Shown piece after piece: positions 53,891 to 64,000 of a stretch of 64,000 nt of DNA. The stretch lies in the NCBI GenBank assembly GCA_021298595.1, contig JAJTHL010000015.1:22299-86298 (forward strand). Reading direction: 5' to 3'. The notes below the pieces were generated by a model. It was not told the DNA's origin and ran no database searches. It saw only the letters and a list, made by a program, of their open reading frames with translations. The stretch is from Alphaproteobacteria bacterium. GTDB taxonomy: Bacteria > Pseudomonadota > Alphaproteobacteria > Caedimonadales > UBA1908. The position numbers and the translations under genes were made by a program. Position 1 is the first letter of the stretch; each line of letters opens with the position of its first letter.

Positions 53891-55078
53891 ATGTCTACGT
53901 CATCCCCCACCCATTCTCACAAATGGGTCTTTATCACCGCTGGATTTGCCATGTTTTCCATGTTTTTTGGCTCTGGAAATTTGGTCTTTCCTTTGGTGGT
54001 GGGATACAAGACGCTAGACCAATTCTCCCACGCAGCCCTTGGTCTTTTGGTCACAGGGACCTTGGTGCCTTTTTTGGGGCTTCTGACCATGATTTTCATG
54101 AACGGAGACACAAAAAAGTTTTTCTCTAAACTTGGGGCCGTGCCGGGTTTTCTTTTACCGTTTTTGATGCTAGCGCTGCTTGGTCCTTTCGGCGTGTGTG
54201 CACGCTGTATTCTGGTGTCTTACGGCAGCATCAGTCTTGTGTGGCCCGAGCTTCCTTTTCCTATTTTTAGCATCAGTTTCGCCCTGATCGCCGCTCTCAT
54301 GACCCTCAATCGCAAGCGTCTTGTGCGCCTTCTTGGGCGCTATTTGACGCCGTGCTTGCTTTTGGGGATCACGCTGATTTTGGTGGTGGGCATCTGGCAA
54401 GCAAGCCCTCCAAGCCCTTCTCCCCTTGGATCAACGGCGTCTTTTAATATTGGCCTTCATCAAGGGTATCAGTTGATGGACCTGTTAGCCGCGTTCTTTT
54501 TTTCCGCGACCATCGTAGAGTACCTCCATGCACACCTTGGCAAGGGCGCAAGCATTCCTTACGTTGCCAAGGAAGCCGTTAAGGCAAGCGGCGTTGGGAT
54601 CACCCTTCTTGCCATCGTGTATTTAGGCTTTGTGGGCCTTGGGGCGTCTTACGCGCCGTACTTGCACGGAGCGTCCGCTGAAAAAATGCTGATCCTCATT
54701 GCCCAAAAAACCTTAGGTGATATGGCCCTTCCCCTTTTGGCGCTGACCATTTGCCTTGCATGCCTGACAACTTTGGTCGCCCTTGCAGGCCTTTTTGCCG
54801 AGTTTTGCCAAAAGGAAATGTTCAAAGGGAAAATCGGTCGCACGCCTTGCGTAATCGTGACTTACATCCTGTGTAGTGTGATTTCTTTTCTGGGCTTTGA
54901 CGAGCTTGCCTCTTGGATTGGGGGCGTCATGGACTTTGTGTACCCCGCGCTTATTGTGCTCTCTCTTGTGTCCATTACGGATTACTTTATGAAAAGCAAC
55001 TGGGCGCCAAAACTCTTTTATGTGGCCCTTGGGGTTTTGGGGCTAGCAAAGGTTGCAAAGGCGGGGGGCCTTTTTTAA
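53891..55078 (+). CDS. brnQ: Branched-chain amino acid transport system II carrier BrnQ (LIVCS)
   Basis: Start set to ATG 53891 (after AGAGGAG). [21 protein letters not shown] signature. 12 TM-like segments. Confidence 0.85.
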   Translation: MSTSSPTHSHKWVFITAGFAMFSMFFGSGNLVFPLVVGYKTLDQFSHAALGLLVTGTLVPFLGLLTMIFMNGDTKKFFSKLGAVPGFLLPFLMLALLGPFGVCARCILVSYGSISLVWPELPFPIFSISFALIAALMTLNRKRLVRLLGRYLTPCLLLGITLILVVGIWQASPPSPSPLGSTASFNIGLHQGYQLMDLLAAFFFSATIVEYLHAHLGKGASIPYVAKEAVKASGVGITLLAIVYLGFVGLGASYAPYLHGASAEKMLILIAQKTLGDMALPLLALTICLACLTTLVALAGLFAEFCQKEMFKGKIGRTPCVIVTYILCSVISFLGFDELASWIGGVMDFVYPALIVLSLVSITDYFMKSNWAPKLFYVALGVLGLAKVAKAGGLF

Positions 55079-56172
55079 CCCTCTAACTCGCTGTCAAAAA
55101 GGGTGCTTTGTAGACGCGGCGCTTGCAAGCCAAGATGTTTGTAAGCCGCCGCCGTCAACATACGACCTCTTGGTGTGCGTTGTAAAAAACCTTGCTGAAT
55201 GAGATACGGCTCGACAACTTCTTCAAGGGTATCCCGCTGCTCGAAAAGGGCGGCAGCAAGGGTCTCGGCGCCCACAGGTCCTCCCCCGTAGGATTTTGCA
55301 ATGGCAAGGAGGTACCTCAGGTCCTGCCCATCAAGACCGATTTGATCCACGCCCAAGCGGTTTAAGGCGGCGTCCACCTGAACACGGTCCATGGGCACAC
55401 CACTTTCTGTGCCGAAATCCCGTACCCGGCGTAAAAGGCGCCCGGCAATACGAGGGGTTCCGCGCGCACGTCTTGCGATTTCCTGAATACCCTGAGCAGT
55501 AAGAGAGAATCCCAGAAGACGCGCACCACGCTCAACCACAAGCTCAAGTTCTGCCGGTGTATAAAAATCAAGGCGTAAGGGAATGCCGAAACGGTCCCGA
55601 AGGGGCGCTGTGAGAAGACCCGTTCGGGTTGTGGCCGCGACCAGTGTAAAGGGTGGCAAGTCAATTTGAATGGATCTGGCAGAGGGGCCCTCTCCTAAGA
55701 TCAAGTCAAGCTTACAATCTTCCATGGCGGGATAGAGGATTTCCTCGATCACAGGATTAAGGCGGTGAATTTCATCAATAAATAAAACATCTCTCGGTTG
55801 AAGATTGGTCAAAATGGCCGCCAGATCCCCAGCCTTTGAAATAATGGGGCCAGAGGTTGCCCGAAACCCTACCCCTAATTCCTGGGCAATAATATGGGCA
55901 AGCGTTGTTTTACCAAGACCGGGAGGGCCATGGAAGAGCACATGATCCATGGCCTCACCCCGGGCTTTGGCCGCGCCCACAAAAACACGCAGGTTCGCAC
56001 AAACTTCTTTTTGTCCAATAAAGTCCCCAAGGCTTTTAGGGCGCAGAGACGGCCCCTCCCCTTCGATCTCCTTTTCATAGGGATCCAAAAGAGGGTTGGC
56101 TGCAGACCTAAGATTTTGAGAGCTGGGCGAGGGCAAGGCGGATAACCTCCTGAACGGTTGAGTTGGGCGCAC
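55075..56172 (-). CDS. ruvB: Holliday junction helicase RuvB
   Basis: [44 protein letters not shown]. The 5' end as drawn overlaps ruvA by 65 nt, so the true start may be further downstream. Confidence 0.95.
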   Translation of the reverse strand: MRPTQPFRRLSALPSPSSQNLRSAANPLLDPYEKEIEGEGPSLRPKSLGDFIGQKEVCANLRVFVGAAKARGEAMDHVLFHGPPGLGKTTLAHIIAQELGVGFRATSGPIISKAGDLAAILTNLQPRDVLFIDEIHRLNPVIEEILYPAMEDCKLDLILGEGPSARSIQIDLPPFTLVAATTRTGLLTAPLRDRFGIPLRLDFYTPAELELVVERGARLLGFSLTAQGIQEIARRARGTPRIAGRLLRRVRDFGTESGVPMDRVQVDAALNRLGVDQIGLDGQDLRYLLAIAKSYGGGPVGAETLAAALFEQRDTLEEVVEPYLIQQGFLQRTPRGRMLTAAAYKHLGLQAPRLQSTLFDSELEG

Positions 56173-56734
56173 TCTTAACGATGTCTGTCACAGCGCTGGT
56201 GGCGTCCATCAAGCGGTAGCCAAGACCCACCAGAGCTTGGGTTGCGTCTTTGAGGACTCCTTGGGGACCTTGAAGTGGCTGGGAAGAAATACTTTCAAGC
56301 GCGTAAACGTTGGTAAGACTTTGCTCCATGACAGCTCCCACTTTGTCTTTAAGCTCGTTCACAATGCGTGCCGCAAGCTTAGGGCCAACCCCTTCGGCTT
56401 TTGTAAGGTAACTTTGATCTTGAAGGGAGAGCGCTCTAAAAACGTCTTCGACCGCCCCAATACTTAGTAGCGCGAGCCCCACGCGCGTGCCGACTCCCTG
56501 GACGGAGGTCAGAAGCTTAAAAAGGCGCCTTTCTTCGGGACTATGAAAGCCGATGAGGGAAATATCATCTTCGCGCACTAGCATCTGTGTCCACAAAGTG
56601 ACGGTTTGACCTGGATGGGGGAGTGCTGCCAGAGCGCCGGCCGAGCACGTTAAATGATAACCAACCCCCTGTACGTCCAAAACGACGTATGTTTCTGCGA
56701 CTTCCTCCACAAGGCCTTTTAATTTTGAGATCAC
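56108..56734 (-). CDS. ruvA: Holliday junction DNA-binding protein RuvA
   Basis: Start set to the GTG overlapping the ruvC stop (GTGA), giving (M)[11 protein letters not shown]. It has HhH motifs ([32 protein letters not shown]). Confidence 0.9.
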   Translation of the reverse strand: MISKLKGLVEEVAETYVVLDVQGVGYHLTCSAGALAALPHPGQTVTLWTQMLVREDDISLIGFHSPEERRLFKLLTSVQGVGTRVGLALLSIGAVEDVFRALSLQDQSYLTKAEGVGPKLAARIVNELKDKVGAVMEQSLTNVYALESISSQPLQGPQGVLKDATQALVGLGYRLMDATSAVTDIVKSAPNSTVQEVIRLALAQLSKS

Positions 56735-57225
56735 GAAGTTTTCTCCCAATAGGTTTGTGTCTGACGGCACCATCCATGACATATGGCCACGGCCAGGGCG
56801 TCAGCGGCGTCGGCCGTTGTGCAACCGGCCGTCGGTAGGAGCCTTGCCACCATGGCGCTTACTTGCTCTTTGCCGGCATGACCCGCGCCCACCACGGTTT
56901 TTTTCACTTGGTTGGCGGTGTATTCACCCACATGAAGACCATACTTGGCAGGGGTGAGAAGCACAACCCCCCTTGCCATGCCAAGCTTGAGGGTAGAGGC
57001 AGGGTTTTTGTTCACAAAGGTTTCCTCAACGGCAGCCTCTTCTGGGGCATGGGTTTCTACAATCTGACACAAGTGTGTGTAAAGGTAAGAAAGCCTTTCC
57101 GGCAGTGGCACGCCTTGGGGAGGGCTTATGACGCCGTGGGCAACGTGGGAGAGTTTTCCGCCCTTGAAGGAGATGACACCCCACCCTGTAAAGCGCAGCC
57201 CCGGATCAAGGCCCAAAATGTGCAA
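56731..57225 (-). CDS. ruvC: Crossover junction endodeoxyribonuclease RuvC
   Basis: ILGLDPGLRFTGWGVI, EEAAVEETFVNKN, ADALAVAICH. Confidence 0.95.
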   Translation of the reverse strand: MHILGLDPGLRFTGWGVISFKGGKLSHVAHGVISPPQGVPLPERLSYLYTHLCQIVETHAPEEAAVEETFVNKNPASTLKLGMARGVVLLTPAKYGLHVGEYTANQVKKTVVGAGHAGKEQVSAMVARLLPTAGCTTADAADALAVAICHGWCRQTQTYWEKTS

Positions 57226-57228
57226 GAC

Positions 57229-57981
57229 TCACACCTCTTCCAAAGCTTTTTGTGTGGCCTCATCCATATCTTCGTTGGAGAACACGTTTTGTACGTCATC
57301 CAAATCCTCGAGGGCGTCCAAAAGCTTTAAAAGGGATTTGGCCCCCTCCACATCAACGGGCACTGTGTTTTGGGCTTCCCATGAAATTTTAGAAGACAAC
57401 GGCTCACCAAATTTTTGAGAGATTAACTCTTGAATTTCGTGCAGACGCGTCATGTCACAATAAATCGTGTGTGCGTCCTCATCAGACACCACGTCATCGG
57501 CGCCCCCTTGAAGGGCCTCCTCAAACATGGCCTCGTCAGACGCGGCGTTCTTTGGATACACAATCACGCCTTGGCGTTTGAACTGAAAACTCACACTGTT
57601 GGTTTCGCCTAAGGAGCCGCCGTATTTATTAAAGGTGGATCTGACGTCCGCCGCGCTCCGGTTACGGTTGTCGGTCAAGCCCTCCACAATAATGGCAATG
57701 CCCCCGGGCCCGTATCCTTCGTACCGTACCTCTTGATAATCGGTATCATCCCCGCCGCCCATGGCTTTTTTAAGGGCACGCTCGATATTATCGCCCGGCA
57801 TGTTTTCAGCGCGCGCGGCCATGATGGCCGAGCGAAGGCGGGGGTTTGACTCAGGCGCAATGCCGCCTTCTTTAGCGGAAACGGTGATTTCCCTGATGAG
57901 CTTTGTAAAAATTTTGGCGCGCTTTTTATCCTGCGCCCCTTTGCGATACATAATGTTCTTAAATTTTGAATGTCCTGCCAT
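57229..57981 (-). CDS. YebC/PmpR-family transcriptional regulator
   Basis: MAGHSKFKNIMYRKGAQDKKRAKIF at the corrected start. It lies immediately upstream of ruvC, as usual. Confidence 0.9.
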   Translation of the reverse strand: MAGHSKFKNIMYRKGAQDKKRAKIFTKLIREITVSAKEGGIAPESNPRLRSAIMAARAENMPGDNIERALKKAMGGGDDTDYQEVRYEGYGPGGIAIIVEGLTDNRNRSAADVRSTFNKYGGSLGETNSVSFQFKRQGVIVYPKNAASDEAMFEEALQGGADDVVSDEDAHTIYCDMTRLHEIQELISQKFGEPLSSKISWEAQNTVPVDVEGAKSLLKLLDALEDLDDVQNVFSNEDMDEATQKALEEV

Positions 57982-58066
57982 GATCAATGCCTTTAGTCAT
58001 ACATCCGATCAGAGATTACAGACCTTAACGCCCGCGTCAAGGGGGACCGGCCGTCCCCCGTTGTTT

Positions 58067-58834
58067 TTACAAAGGACGTTTTACGCTTTGCCAGATGCGT
58101 CTTGTGAGAACACCCATCATAACCGTGAAGAGGCCTAAGAAAATCATCACGACTACGCCCATGTGTTTACGCGTTTCCATTTCTGGTTCAGACGCCCAAG
58201 CAAGAAAGGTCACAACGTCGTGGGCCATTTGGTGAATGGTGGCTTTGGTGCCATCGGGGTAAGTCACCTGTTCATCACTAATAATAGGAGGCGCCATGGC
58301 AATTTGATGCCCAGGAAAATATTTATTGTAGTGCATTCCTGTCGCCATCTGCATTCCTGCAGGCGTCTTTTCATATCCTGTAAGAAGTCCAAAAATGTAA
58401 TCTGCACCGTGTGGTCTTGCCTTTACAACCATGGATAAGTCTACAGGAAGGGCGCCGTTGTTAGCCTCACGCGCAGCCGCCTCTGTAGGGAAAGGGTGCG
58501 CGAAAAAGTCCTTTGGCTCTGCCTTACGTTTGGTGGGTTGACCATCATCAGCCACAGGGCCAGCGACCTCGTACTCAGCCGCAATAGCCTTAACATCTGA
58601 CTCCGTAAAGCCTAGGGCCTTGAGTTTTTCATACCTCAAGTGATGCATGCCGTGGCAGGCAGCGCACACTTCCCGGTAGACCTGAAGACCGCGCCTGACG
58701 GAGGGGCGATCATAGGTGCCAAAGGCTCCAGAAAAACTCCACTTCTGGGCAGGGGGCTTAGGGGTTTCATTGGCATAAAGAACTGACCCCCCTAAAATAA
58801 ATAAGCAAAGAAAGAGCCAAAGATTTTTTTTCAT
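58067..58834 (-). CDS. petC: Cytochrome c1
   Basis: Signal peptide, heme site CAACHGM, and a C-terminal TM anchor. Confidence 0.9.
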   Translation of the reverse strand: MKKNLWLFLCLFILGGSVLYANETPKPPAQKWSFSGAFGTYDRPSVRRGLQVYREVCAACHGMHHLRYEKLKALGFTESDVKAIAAEYEVAGPVADDGQPTKRKAEPKDFFAHPFPTEAAAREANNGALPVDLSMVVKARPHGADYIFGLLTGYEKTPAGMQMATGMHYNKYFPGHQIAMAPPIISDEQVTYPDGTKATIHQMAHDVVTFLAWASEPEMETRKHMGVVVMIFLGLFTVMMGVLTRRIWQSVKRPL

Positions 58835-58838
58835 GTGA

Positions 58839-60086
58839 CTATCCTTTCTTTGAAGGGGATTTCACTCCCGAAAACGCCGCCTCGTAAATGCTGTCAGGGA
58901 CAGCACGCGTTCGCTCTATCCGCGGCAAAAACGGCAGCACCACCAAAAAGTAAAAGAAATAATAGAATGTCGACAACCGACTCACAAGAAGCGGGATTCC
59001 TTCTGGCTGTTGGCCTCCTGCCCATCCAAGAGCCAGACATGAAACAATAAGGAGGGTGTAAAATACCTTAAAGAAAGGGCGGTATTTTCCGCTTCTTACG
59101 GGTGAGCGATCAAGCCAGGGAACAGTGAAGAGAATTCCCACTGCCGCAAACATTAAAAAGACGCCGCCGAGTTTGTCAGGAACTGATCGCAAAATGGCAT
59201 AGAAGGGTAAGAAATACCACTCAGGTACAATGTGGGGCGGAGTGAGAAGGGGGTTTGCTGGAATATAGTTATCTGGCTCACCAAAAAAGTTAGGCGCAAA
59301 AAAGACGAAACCCGCCCAAATCAATAAAAAGATCCCCAGTCCATATAGATCTTTCACGGTATAATACGGGTGAAAGGGGATGGTGTCACTGGGATTTTTC
59401 TTTTCAACACCCGATGGATTGTTCGACCCATTGGTATGAAGGGCCACAAGGTGCAGCACCACAATGCCAATGAGAAGCATGGGAAAAAGGTAGTGAAGTG
59501 AGAAAAAGCGGTTCAGGGTGGGGTTATCCACAGAAAATCCCCCCCAAAGCAGGGTCACGATCGCGTCCCCCACCACGGGAATCGCAGAAAACAGGTTCGT
59601 GATGACCGTGGCCCCCCAATAGCTCATTTGACCCCAGGGCAGCACATATCCCATAAAGGCCGTGGCCATCATCAAAAGCAAGATGACCACACCCATAATC
59701 CACAAAATCTCACGAGGCGCCTTGTATGACCCATAGAAAAGGCCCCTAAAGATATGAATATACACGGCGATAAAAAACATAGAAGCGCCATTCATATGAA
59801 TGTAGCGAATAAGCCATCCATAATTGACCTCACGCATGATACGCTCGACGCTGTCAAAGGCATGGTCCACATGGGGCGTATAGAACATAGCAAGAAAAAT
59901 TCCTGTCAGGACCATAATCACCAAGGTGATCCCCGCAAGAGACCCAAAATTCCACAGATAATTCAGGTTTACAGGAGTTTTGTAGTCAACCAGATGTTCC
60001 TTAGCAAAAGAGAAAAAAGGAAGTCTTGCATCCACCCAGGCCATAAATCCCGTTTGATTTTGTGGCGTGTTTTTTTGTTCTGACAT
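58839..60086 (-). CDS. petB: Cytochrome b
   Basis: [33 protein letters not shown]. Confidence 0.95.
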   Translation of the reverse strand: MSEQKNTPQNQTGFMAWVDARLPFFSFAKEHLVDYKTPVNLNYLWNFGSLAGITLVIMVLTGIFLAMFYTPHVDHAFDSVERIMREVNYGWLIRYIHMNGASMFFIAVYIHIFRGLFYGSYKAPREILWIMGVVILLLMMATAFMGYVLPWGQMSYWGATVITNLFSAIPVVGDAIVTLLWGGFSVDNPTLNRFFSLHYLFPMLLIGIVVLHLVALHTNGSNNPSGVEKKNPSDTIPFHPYYTVKDLYGLGIFLLIWAGFVFFAPNFFGEPDNYIPANPLLTPPHIVPEWYFLPFYAILRSVPDKLGGVFLMFAAVGILFTVPWLDRSPVRSGKYRPFFKVFYTLLIVSCLALGWAGGQQPEGIPLLVSRLSTFYYFFYFLVVLPFLPRIERTRAVPDSIYEAAFSGVKSPSKKG

Positions 60087-60087
60087 T

Positions 60088-60654
60088 TTAGGCCTCCTGA
60101 CCCACGCGAATGCTGGTATCGCTTAAAAAAGTATACGGGGGGACAGGCAGGTTGTGGGGGGCAGGCCCTCGTCTCACGCGCCCTGATGCGTCATATTCTG
60201 AACCATGGCACGGACAAAACCAACCTCCATATTCGCCTTTGTGATCACTGGGTTTTTGACCAGAGGGTACACACCCCAAATGGGTGCAAACACCCACGAC
60301 AATAAGCCACTCTGCTTTTTTGACCCGTTTGTCATCTGCTTCAGGATCAATGAGTTTCGTCATGGGTACAGCCCGAACTTGCTGTATTTCTTGAGGGGTG
60401 CGCCTTCTAATAAAAAGAGGTTTACCACGCCACATGATGGTGATCGCTTGGCCCACTGCGATGGGGGACAAATCCACATCCACAGTTGCACCGGCCAGGG
60501 TATCTGCAGCAGGGTTCAAACTGTCCACAAAGGGCCAAATAAAACTCGCCACACCAACGCCGCCCATGGCCGCAGACGCCAAGATCAAAAAGTCACGCCG
60601 GGTCTTTTTTTCATTGGCCACAGGTGCATTTTGAGTTGAATCGAGGGATGACAT
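60088..60654 (-). CDS. petA: Ubiquinol-cytochrome c reductase Rieske iron-sulfur subunit
   Basis: TAT-like TRRDFL, CTHLGC and CPCHGS cluster-binding boxes. Confidence 0.95.
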   Translation of the reverse strand: MSSLDSTQNAPVANEKKTRRDFLILASAAMGGVGVASFIWPFVDSLNPAADTLAGATVDVDLSPIAVGQAITIMWRGKPLFIRRRTPQEIQQVRAVPMTKLIDPEADDKRVKKAEWLIVVGVCTHLGCVPSGQKPSDHKGEYGGWFCPCHGSEYDASGRVRRGPAPHNLPVPPYTFLSDTSIRVGQEA

Positions 60655-60865
60655 GTAAAGTACACCTCTAAAAATTATCTAAAAACCTCCATCACAGTTG
60701 TACCACAACCACAAGAACAGGACCAGTCTCTTCGCATGATCTTTATTAAACTGTGACTTCATAACCAGGAAACAAAAGATCTGTATGGTCTTAGGTTTGT
60801 CCTCTTGCGCTCACACGTTATATTTTTCACAATAGGTTAATCAATGTGATCAAACAGGGATCAGA

Positions 60866-62731
60866 ATGACAGCGTCTTCCAAGGAAAAAATCCCTTTGCT
60901 TGTCATGGGCGCCTTGGGCATTGTATATGGTGATATTGGTACAAGTCCCCTTTACGCCCTAAAAAGCTGTTTTTCTTTGGGAAATTTGCCTGCCACGGCT
61001 CCTAACATTTTGGGGCTTACGAGCCTTTTTTTCTGGACCCTGATCCTGATTGTGTCGATCAAGTATGTGCTTTTCGTTTTACGTGTAGAAGAGCACGGCG
61101 AAGGGGGAATTCTTGTTTTATCATCGATCTGTAGCCATATAAAAGAAAAGTGGGTCAAGGGTTTTTCTCTGCTTATGGGCCTCCTGGGATCAGCGCTTCT
61201 TTTTGGAGACGGGGTCATTACACCCGCCATTTCTGTCTTGAGCGCCCTTGAGGGACTCACACTCCTCTCGCCGGCCATCGCGCCCGAGGTAACGATTTTA
61301 TCTGTCACCTTGTTGATTTTATTATTTGTAGTTCAAAAACATGGAAGTGGTAAACTCGGAGCCTACTTTGGCCCCATCATGACTCTCTGGTTTTTTACCC
61401 TCGCTTTCCTTGGTGTTTTGTCCATCCTCAAAACGCCCTCCATTCTTCTTGCCATAAGCCCTACCCACGCCTTGTCCTTTCTCGTGGGCGGAGGATTACC
61501 TGCTCTTATCGCCATGGGGGGCACCATTATGGTGGTCACGGGCGCCGAAGCCCTTTACGCAGATCTGGGTCACTTTGGTGCCAGACCCATTCGCGTTTCG
61601 TGGCACAGCGTTGTTTTTCCGGCGCTCGCGCTTAACTATCTTGGCCAAGGGGCCCTTCTCTTGCGTGACGCCAGCGCTCTTGCAAACCCATTCTACCAAT
61701 TAGCCCCTTCCTGGTGTCTTGTGCCTTTAGTTGTTTTATCAACGCTTGCAACGCTTATCGCTTCCCAATCCATTATTTCGGGCGTTTTTTCGTTGACATG
61801 GCAGGCCATAATGCTTGGTGACTTACCTCGGCTTCGCGTGATACACACCTCCCACGCCCAGCGCGGTCAGGTTTATGTGCCTGCCGTTAATATTCTTTTG
61901 TGTGTGATGACCATGAGCGCCGTGCTTCTTTTTCAAACTTCCGAAGGTCTTGCGGCGGCTTATGGGTTTAGTGTGGCGGGTGCGATGCTTGCCACAACCC
62001 TCATGCTGTGCTGTGTGGCACATTTTAAGTGGCATTGGTCTGTTCTTAAGGTTTTGCTCACCTTGGCGCCCCTAGTACTTTTGGATGTGTTCTTTTTCGC
62101 GCTTAACCTATCTAAATTTCTCCATGGTGCTTGGTACGCACTTCTGTTGTCGGCTGCAACGTTTACCATTATGAAATCTTGGCAAAAAGGTACACAAACT
62201 TTGGAGCGTCAAAGGCCCTACGCCCACGAAGCTCTTTCACAGTTTTTGGAAGAACACTTAGACCTTTTTCCAACACGCCTTCCTGGAACTGCCGTCTACA
62301 TGACAAGGACGCCCGATCAAACGCCTTCTTCCTTGCGGATAAACCTAAAGCACAATAAATTTCTTCATGAAAAAGTTCTTTTTATTTCGATTATTACCAC
62401 AAGAGAACCCCGCATTAGCCTGTCAGACAAATTCACCGCCCAAGAAATTCTGCCCAATATTTATACCGTTTCGGCGTTTTACGGGTTCAAAGAAATTCCC
62501 GATCTTCAAAAGATTCTTCAATGGCTTACAGAAAAAGATCTTCTAGACTGCCATTATGACGCCTCGTTTTTCCTTACGCGCGGCGTTCCCATTTTATCTT
62601 CCAGAAGTGCGTCACATACTTTCATGAACAAGCTTTATATGTTTTTATCAAGAAACGCCTTGTCGGCCCATGAATTTTATAAAATTCCTTACCAACAACT
62701 TGTAGAAATAGGGATCCGGTACCACCTCTAG
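60866..62731 (+). CDS. kup: KUP-family potassium transporter
   Basis: GALGIVYGDIGTSPLY, GEGGILVL, TGAEALYADLGHFG motifs. 621 aa. Confidence 0.95.
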   Translation: MTASSKEKIPLLVMGALGIVYGDIGTSPLYALKSCFSLGNLPATAPNILGLTSLFFWTLILIVSIKYVLFVLRVEEHGEGGILVLSSICSHIKEKWVKGFSLLMGLLGSALLFGDGVITPAISVLSALEGLTLLSPAIAPEVTILSVTLLILLFVVQKHGSGKLGAYFGPIMTLWFFTLAFLGVLSILKTPSILLAISPTHALSFLVGGGLPALIAMGGTIMVVTGAEALYADLGHFGARPIRVSWHSVVFPALALNYLGQGALLLRDASALANPFYQLAPSWCLVPLVVLSTLATLIASQSIISGVFSLTWQAIMLGDLPRLRVIHTSHAQRGQVYVPAVNILLCVMTMSAVLLFQTSEGLAAAYGFSVAGAMLATTLMLCCVAHFKWHWSVLKVLLTLAPLVLLDVFFFALNLSKFLHGAWYALLLSAATFTIMKSWQKGTQTLERQRPYAHEALSQFLEEHLDLFPTRLPGTAVYMTRTPDQTPSSLRINLKHNKFLHEKVLFISIITTREPRISLSDKFTAQEILPNIYTVSAFYGFKEIPDLQKILQWLTEKDLLDCHYDASFFLTRGVPILSSRSASHTFMNKLYMFLSRNALSAHEFYKIPYQQLVEIGIRYHL

Positions 62732-62735
62732 CAGT

Positions 62736-62802
62736 AGGAATTTTTTTCCCCATTAGGGTCGATTCGAGCAGGAATTTTTTTCCTCTTTTGGTTTTATTCG
62801 AG
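62736..62802 (+). repeat. Two tandem 34-bp imperfect repeats upstream of the flagellin promoter
   Basis: AGGAATTTTTTTCCCCATTAGGGTCGATTCGAGC is followed by AGGAATTTTTTTCCTCTTTTGGTTTTATTCGAGA (27/34 identical by eye), centred about 90-125 nt upstream of the -24 element. Confidence 0.7.
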
Positions 62803-62877
62803 ACCCCCTCTTTTTGTTGAGTAAAAAAACATCTATCAAACAAACACTTAAGGTCATCTGTGACGAATCTTCAGACA

Positions 62878-62893
62878 TGGCACACGGCTTGCA
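62878..62893 (+). promoter_or_regulatory. Sigma-54 (-24/-12) promoter upstream of flagellin
   Basis: TGGCAC-ACGGC-TTGCA matches TGGCAC-N5-TTGCA exactly in spacing and in all conserved bases. It lies about 85 nt upstream of the flagellin ATG. Confidence 0.65.
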
Positions 62894-62975
62894 TGACTTA
62901 ACAGGGATACGTGAGTATCTCGTGAGGCGCCAGGTAGGCGCTAAAAACAACCGCAGGAAGCGAAAGGAATAAAAA

Positions 62976-64000
62976 ATGGTCGACGTAACAGGTCTTTCAA
63001 ACTTATCAGCTCTTCAAACACAAAATAACATGAAGAAGCATACCACAAGTGCTGCCGATGCCATCGCACAGCTCTCGAGTGGTACAAAACTCATCAAGGC
63101 GTCTTCTGACTCATCGGCGGCAGCTATCTCCAAAGCCATGACGTCGGATATTTCAGTCTTGAATCAAACAAAAATTAACGCGTCCAACGCCTCGAGCCTG
63201 ATTCAGGTGGCAGCCAGCGCCATGAACGACCAGCTCTCGCTCTTGACATCGCTCAAGACGCTCGCCACAAAAGCCGCTGACGCCTCTCTTAGCCCCACCA
63301 ACCGGGGTCTTGTGAACAATGAGTATCAAGAAATTCTCAAGCAAAACGGTGACGTGGCCGACCGCGCCCGCTGGAACGGGGTCTCTCTTATGACTGGCGG
63401 CGCCGGAACTGTGACCCTTTCTGGTGTTGTTGCACAAGCAACCGGTAACGTTGCAGCGCCAGCCCTTGCCAACACCATGGCAGGTACCGTGAACGCCGCG
63501 ACCACAGGTTTTATTGACGGTACGGCCACAGACGTGGTTGTGAATATTGCCAGTGCTAACTCATATGATGTCTCCATCAAAGTAGGTGAACAGTGGTTTA
63601 CAGCAGAAGGCGTCGTGCCTGCGGGCGGTGGTATTTTGACGCTTACCAGCACAGCCGATAGCGCGAACCGCATTGCCCTTGACTTTGCCGCCAACGTGGC
63701 TGGTATCGCGAGTGCGGCCAACTTCCAGCAAGGTCTTGAGGAAACCCTTGGTATTCCTGCTGGGCGTCTTAATGCGACGTTCTTGTCTCAATCCACGGCT
63801 GCCAACAACGGCCTAACAGGCGTCACTGCCGCTTCAAGCGCGCCAACAGGAACCTACTCCATTCGTTATGACGCTAACAGCAACTTAGTCACCCTTACTA
63901 ACGGCGAGCAAAAGTGGACACAAAGCATCGCCACCACGGGTGCGGCGCAAACCATTTCCTTTGCCAATGGTATCTCGGCCACTTTTGACAACACCTTTGC
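62976..64000 (+). CDS. Flagellin (3' end beyond window)
   Basis: It is not in the ORF track because there is no stop in the window. The ATG follows AAAGGAAT. The N-terminal flagellin domain reads AIAQLSSGTKLIKASSDSSAAAISKAM...INASNASSLIQVAASAMNDQLSLLTSLKTLATKAAD...NNEYQEIL...RWNGVSLMTG. Confidence 0.85.
   Translation, partial: MVDVTGLSNLSALQTQNNMKKHTTSAADAIAQLSSGTKLIKASSDSSAAAISKAMTSDISVLNQTKINASNASSLIQVAASAMNDQLSLLTSLKTLATKAADASLSPTNRGLVNNEYQEILKQNGDVADRARWNGVSLMTGGAGTVTLSGVVAQATGNVAAPALANTMAGTVNAATTGFIDGTATDVVVNIASANSYDVSIKVGEQWFTAEGVVPAGGGILTLTSTADSANRIALDFAANVAGIASAANFQQGLEETLGIPAGRLNATFLSQSTAANNGLTGVTAASSAPTGTYSIRYDANSNLVTLTNGEQKWTQSIATTGAAQTISFANGISATFDNTF

Noticed and set aside
56108-56172. 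ruvA and ruvB overlap by 65 nt as drawn, which could indicate a frameshift or an unusual fusion.
   Set aside because: It is most simply explained by an over-extended ruvB start in the ORF track. The conserved RuvB core begins well downstream and both proteins are otherwise intact.
1-64000. I looked across the whole window for CRISPR arrays, rRNA genes, IS elements with terminal inverted repeats, integrases next to the two tRNA genes, and prophage blocks.
   Set aside because: I found none by eye. Neither tRNA gene is flanked by an integrase or a duplicated 3' tRNA segment. The only phage-like gene is the solitary terminase.

Overview
This 64-kb chromosomal window looks alphaproteobacterial. 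The supporting evidence is a divergent fliX-flgI pair, an HdaA-type Hda, an NDUFS4-like complex I accessory protein, a GTA-type large terminase, an HPr/EIIA-Man regulatory PTS pair, and a candidate 6S RNA directly upstream of the 5-formyl-THF cyclo-ligase gene. From homopolymer-disrupted genes and many orphan secreted proteins I infer, without testing it, a host-associated or genome-eroding lifestyle.

Most of the window is ordinary housekeeping. It includes glmM, ftsH, ndk, holC, pepA, gloB, dksA, ubiH-like, asmA-like, lysS, ruvCAB, yebC, the petABC bc1 complex, kup, brnQ, tRNA-Leu(CAA) and tRNA-Ser(UGA). There is also one flagellar block (fliX / flgI-flgJ-like-flgN-like-flgK-flgL-fliW) and a 3'-truncated flagellin gene at the right edge. 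I found no CRISPR array, rRNA, recognisable IS element or prophage.

Findings most worth follow-up, in priority order:
1. A tightly coupled operon at 12.1-15.9 kb behind a strikingly AT-rich leader. It encodes a possible 21-codon mini-ORF, an orphan SagB/ThcOx-type dehydrogenase with an extra N-terminal domain, a POT-family peptide transporter and a LysR regulator. No YcaO or cyclodehydratase is present. I read it as a candidate non-canonical peptide-modification/export system.
2. A convergent pair at 18.4-20.4 kb that reads like a secreted HNH/EndoVII-type (LHH-like) nuclease effector plus a SUKH/SMI1-like immunity protein. It sits next to a Cys-pair repeat protein.
3. A cNMP-binding domain fused to an SLC13-like permease and translationally coupled to a membrane-anchored periplasmic-binding-protein homologue.
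4. A divergent LuxI-like orphan gene.
5. A NaChBac-like channel with an atypical TFDNL filter.
6. Two well-spaced sigma-54 promoters in front of flgI and the flagellin gene. The flagellin promoter has a tandem 34-bp upstream repeat and a CsrA-type GGA hairpin leader, and fliW has no adjacent csrA.

Four ORF disruptions or ambiguities are all repaired by removing one base from an A/T homopolymer. Sequencing error must therefore be excluded before any pseudogene, phase-variation or leader-peptide claim.

All family assignments come from reading motifs by eye. No database search was run.
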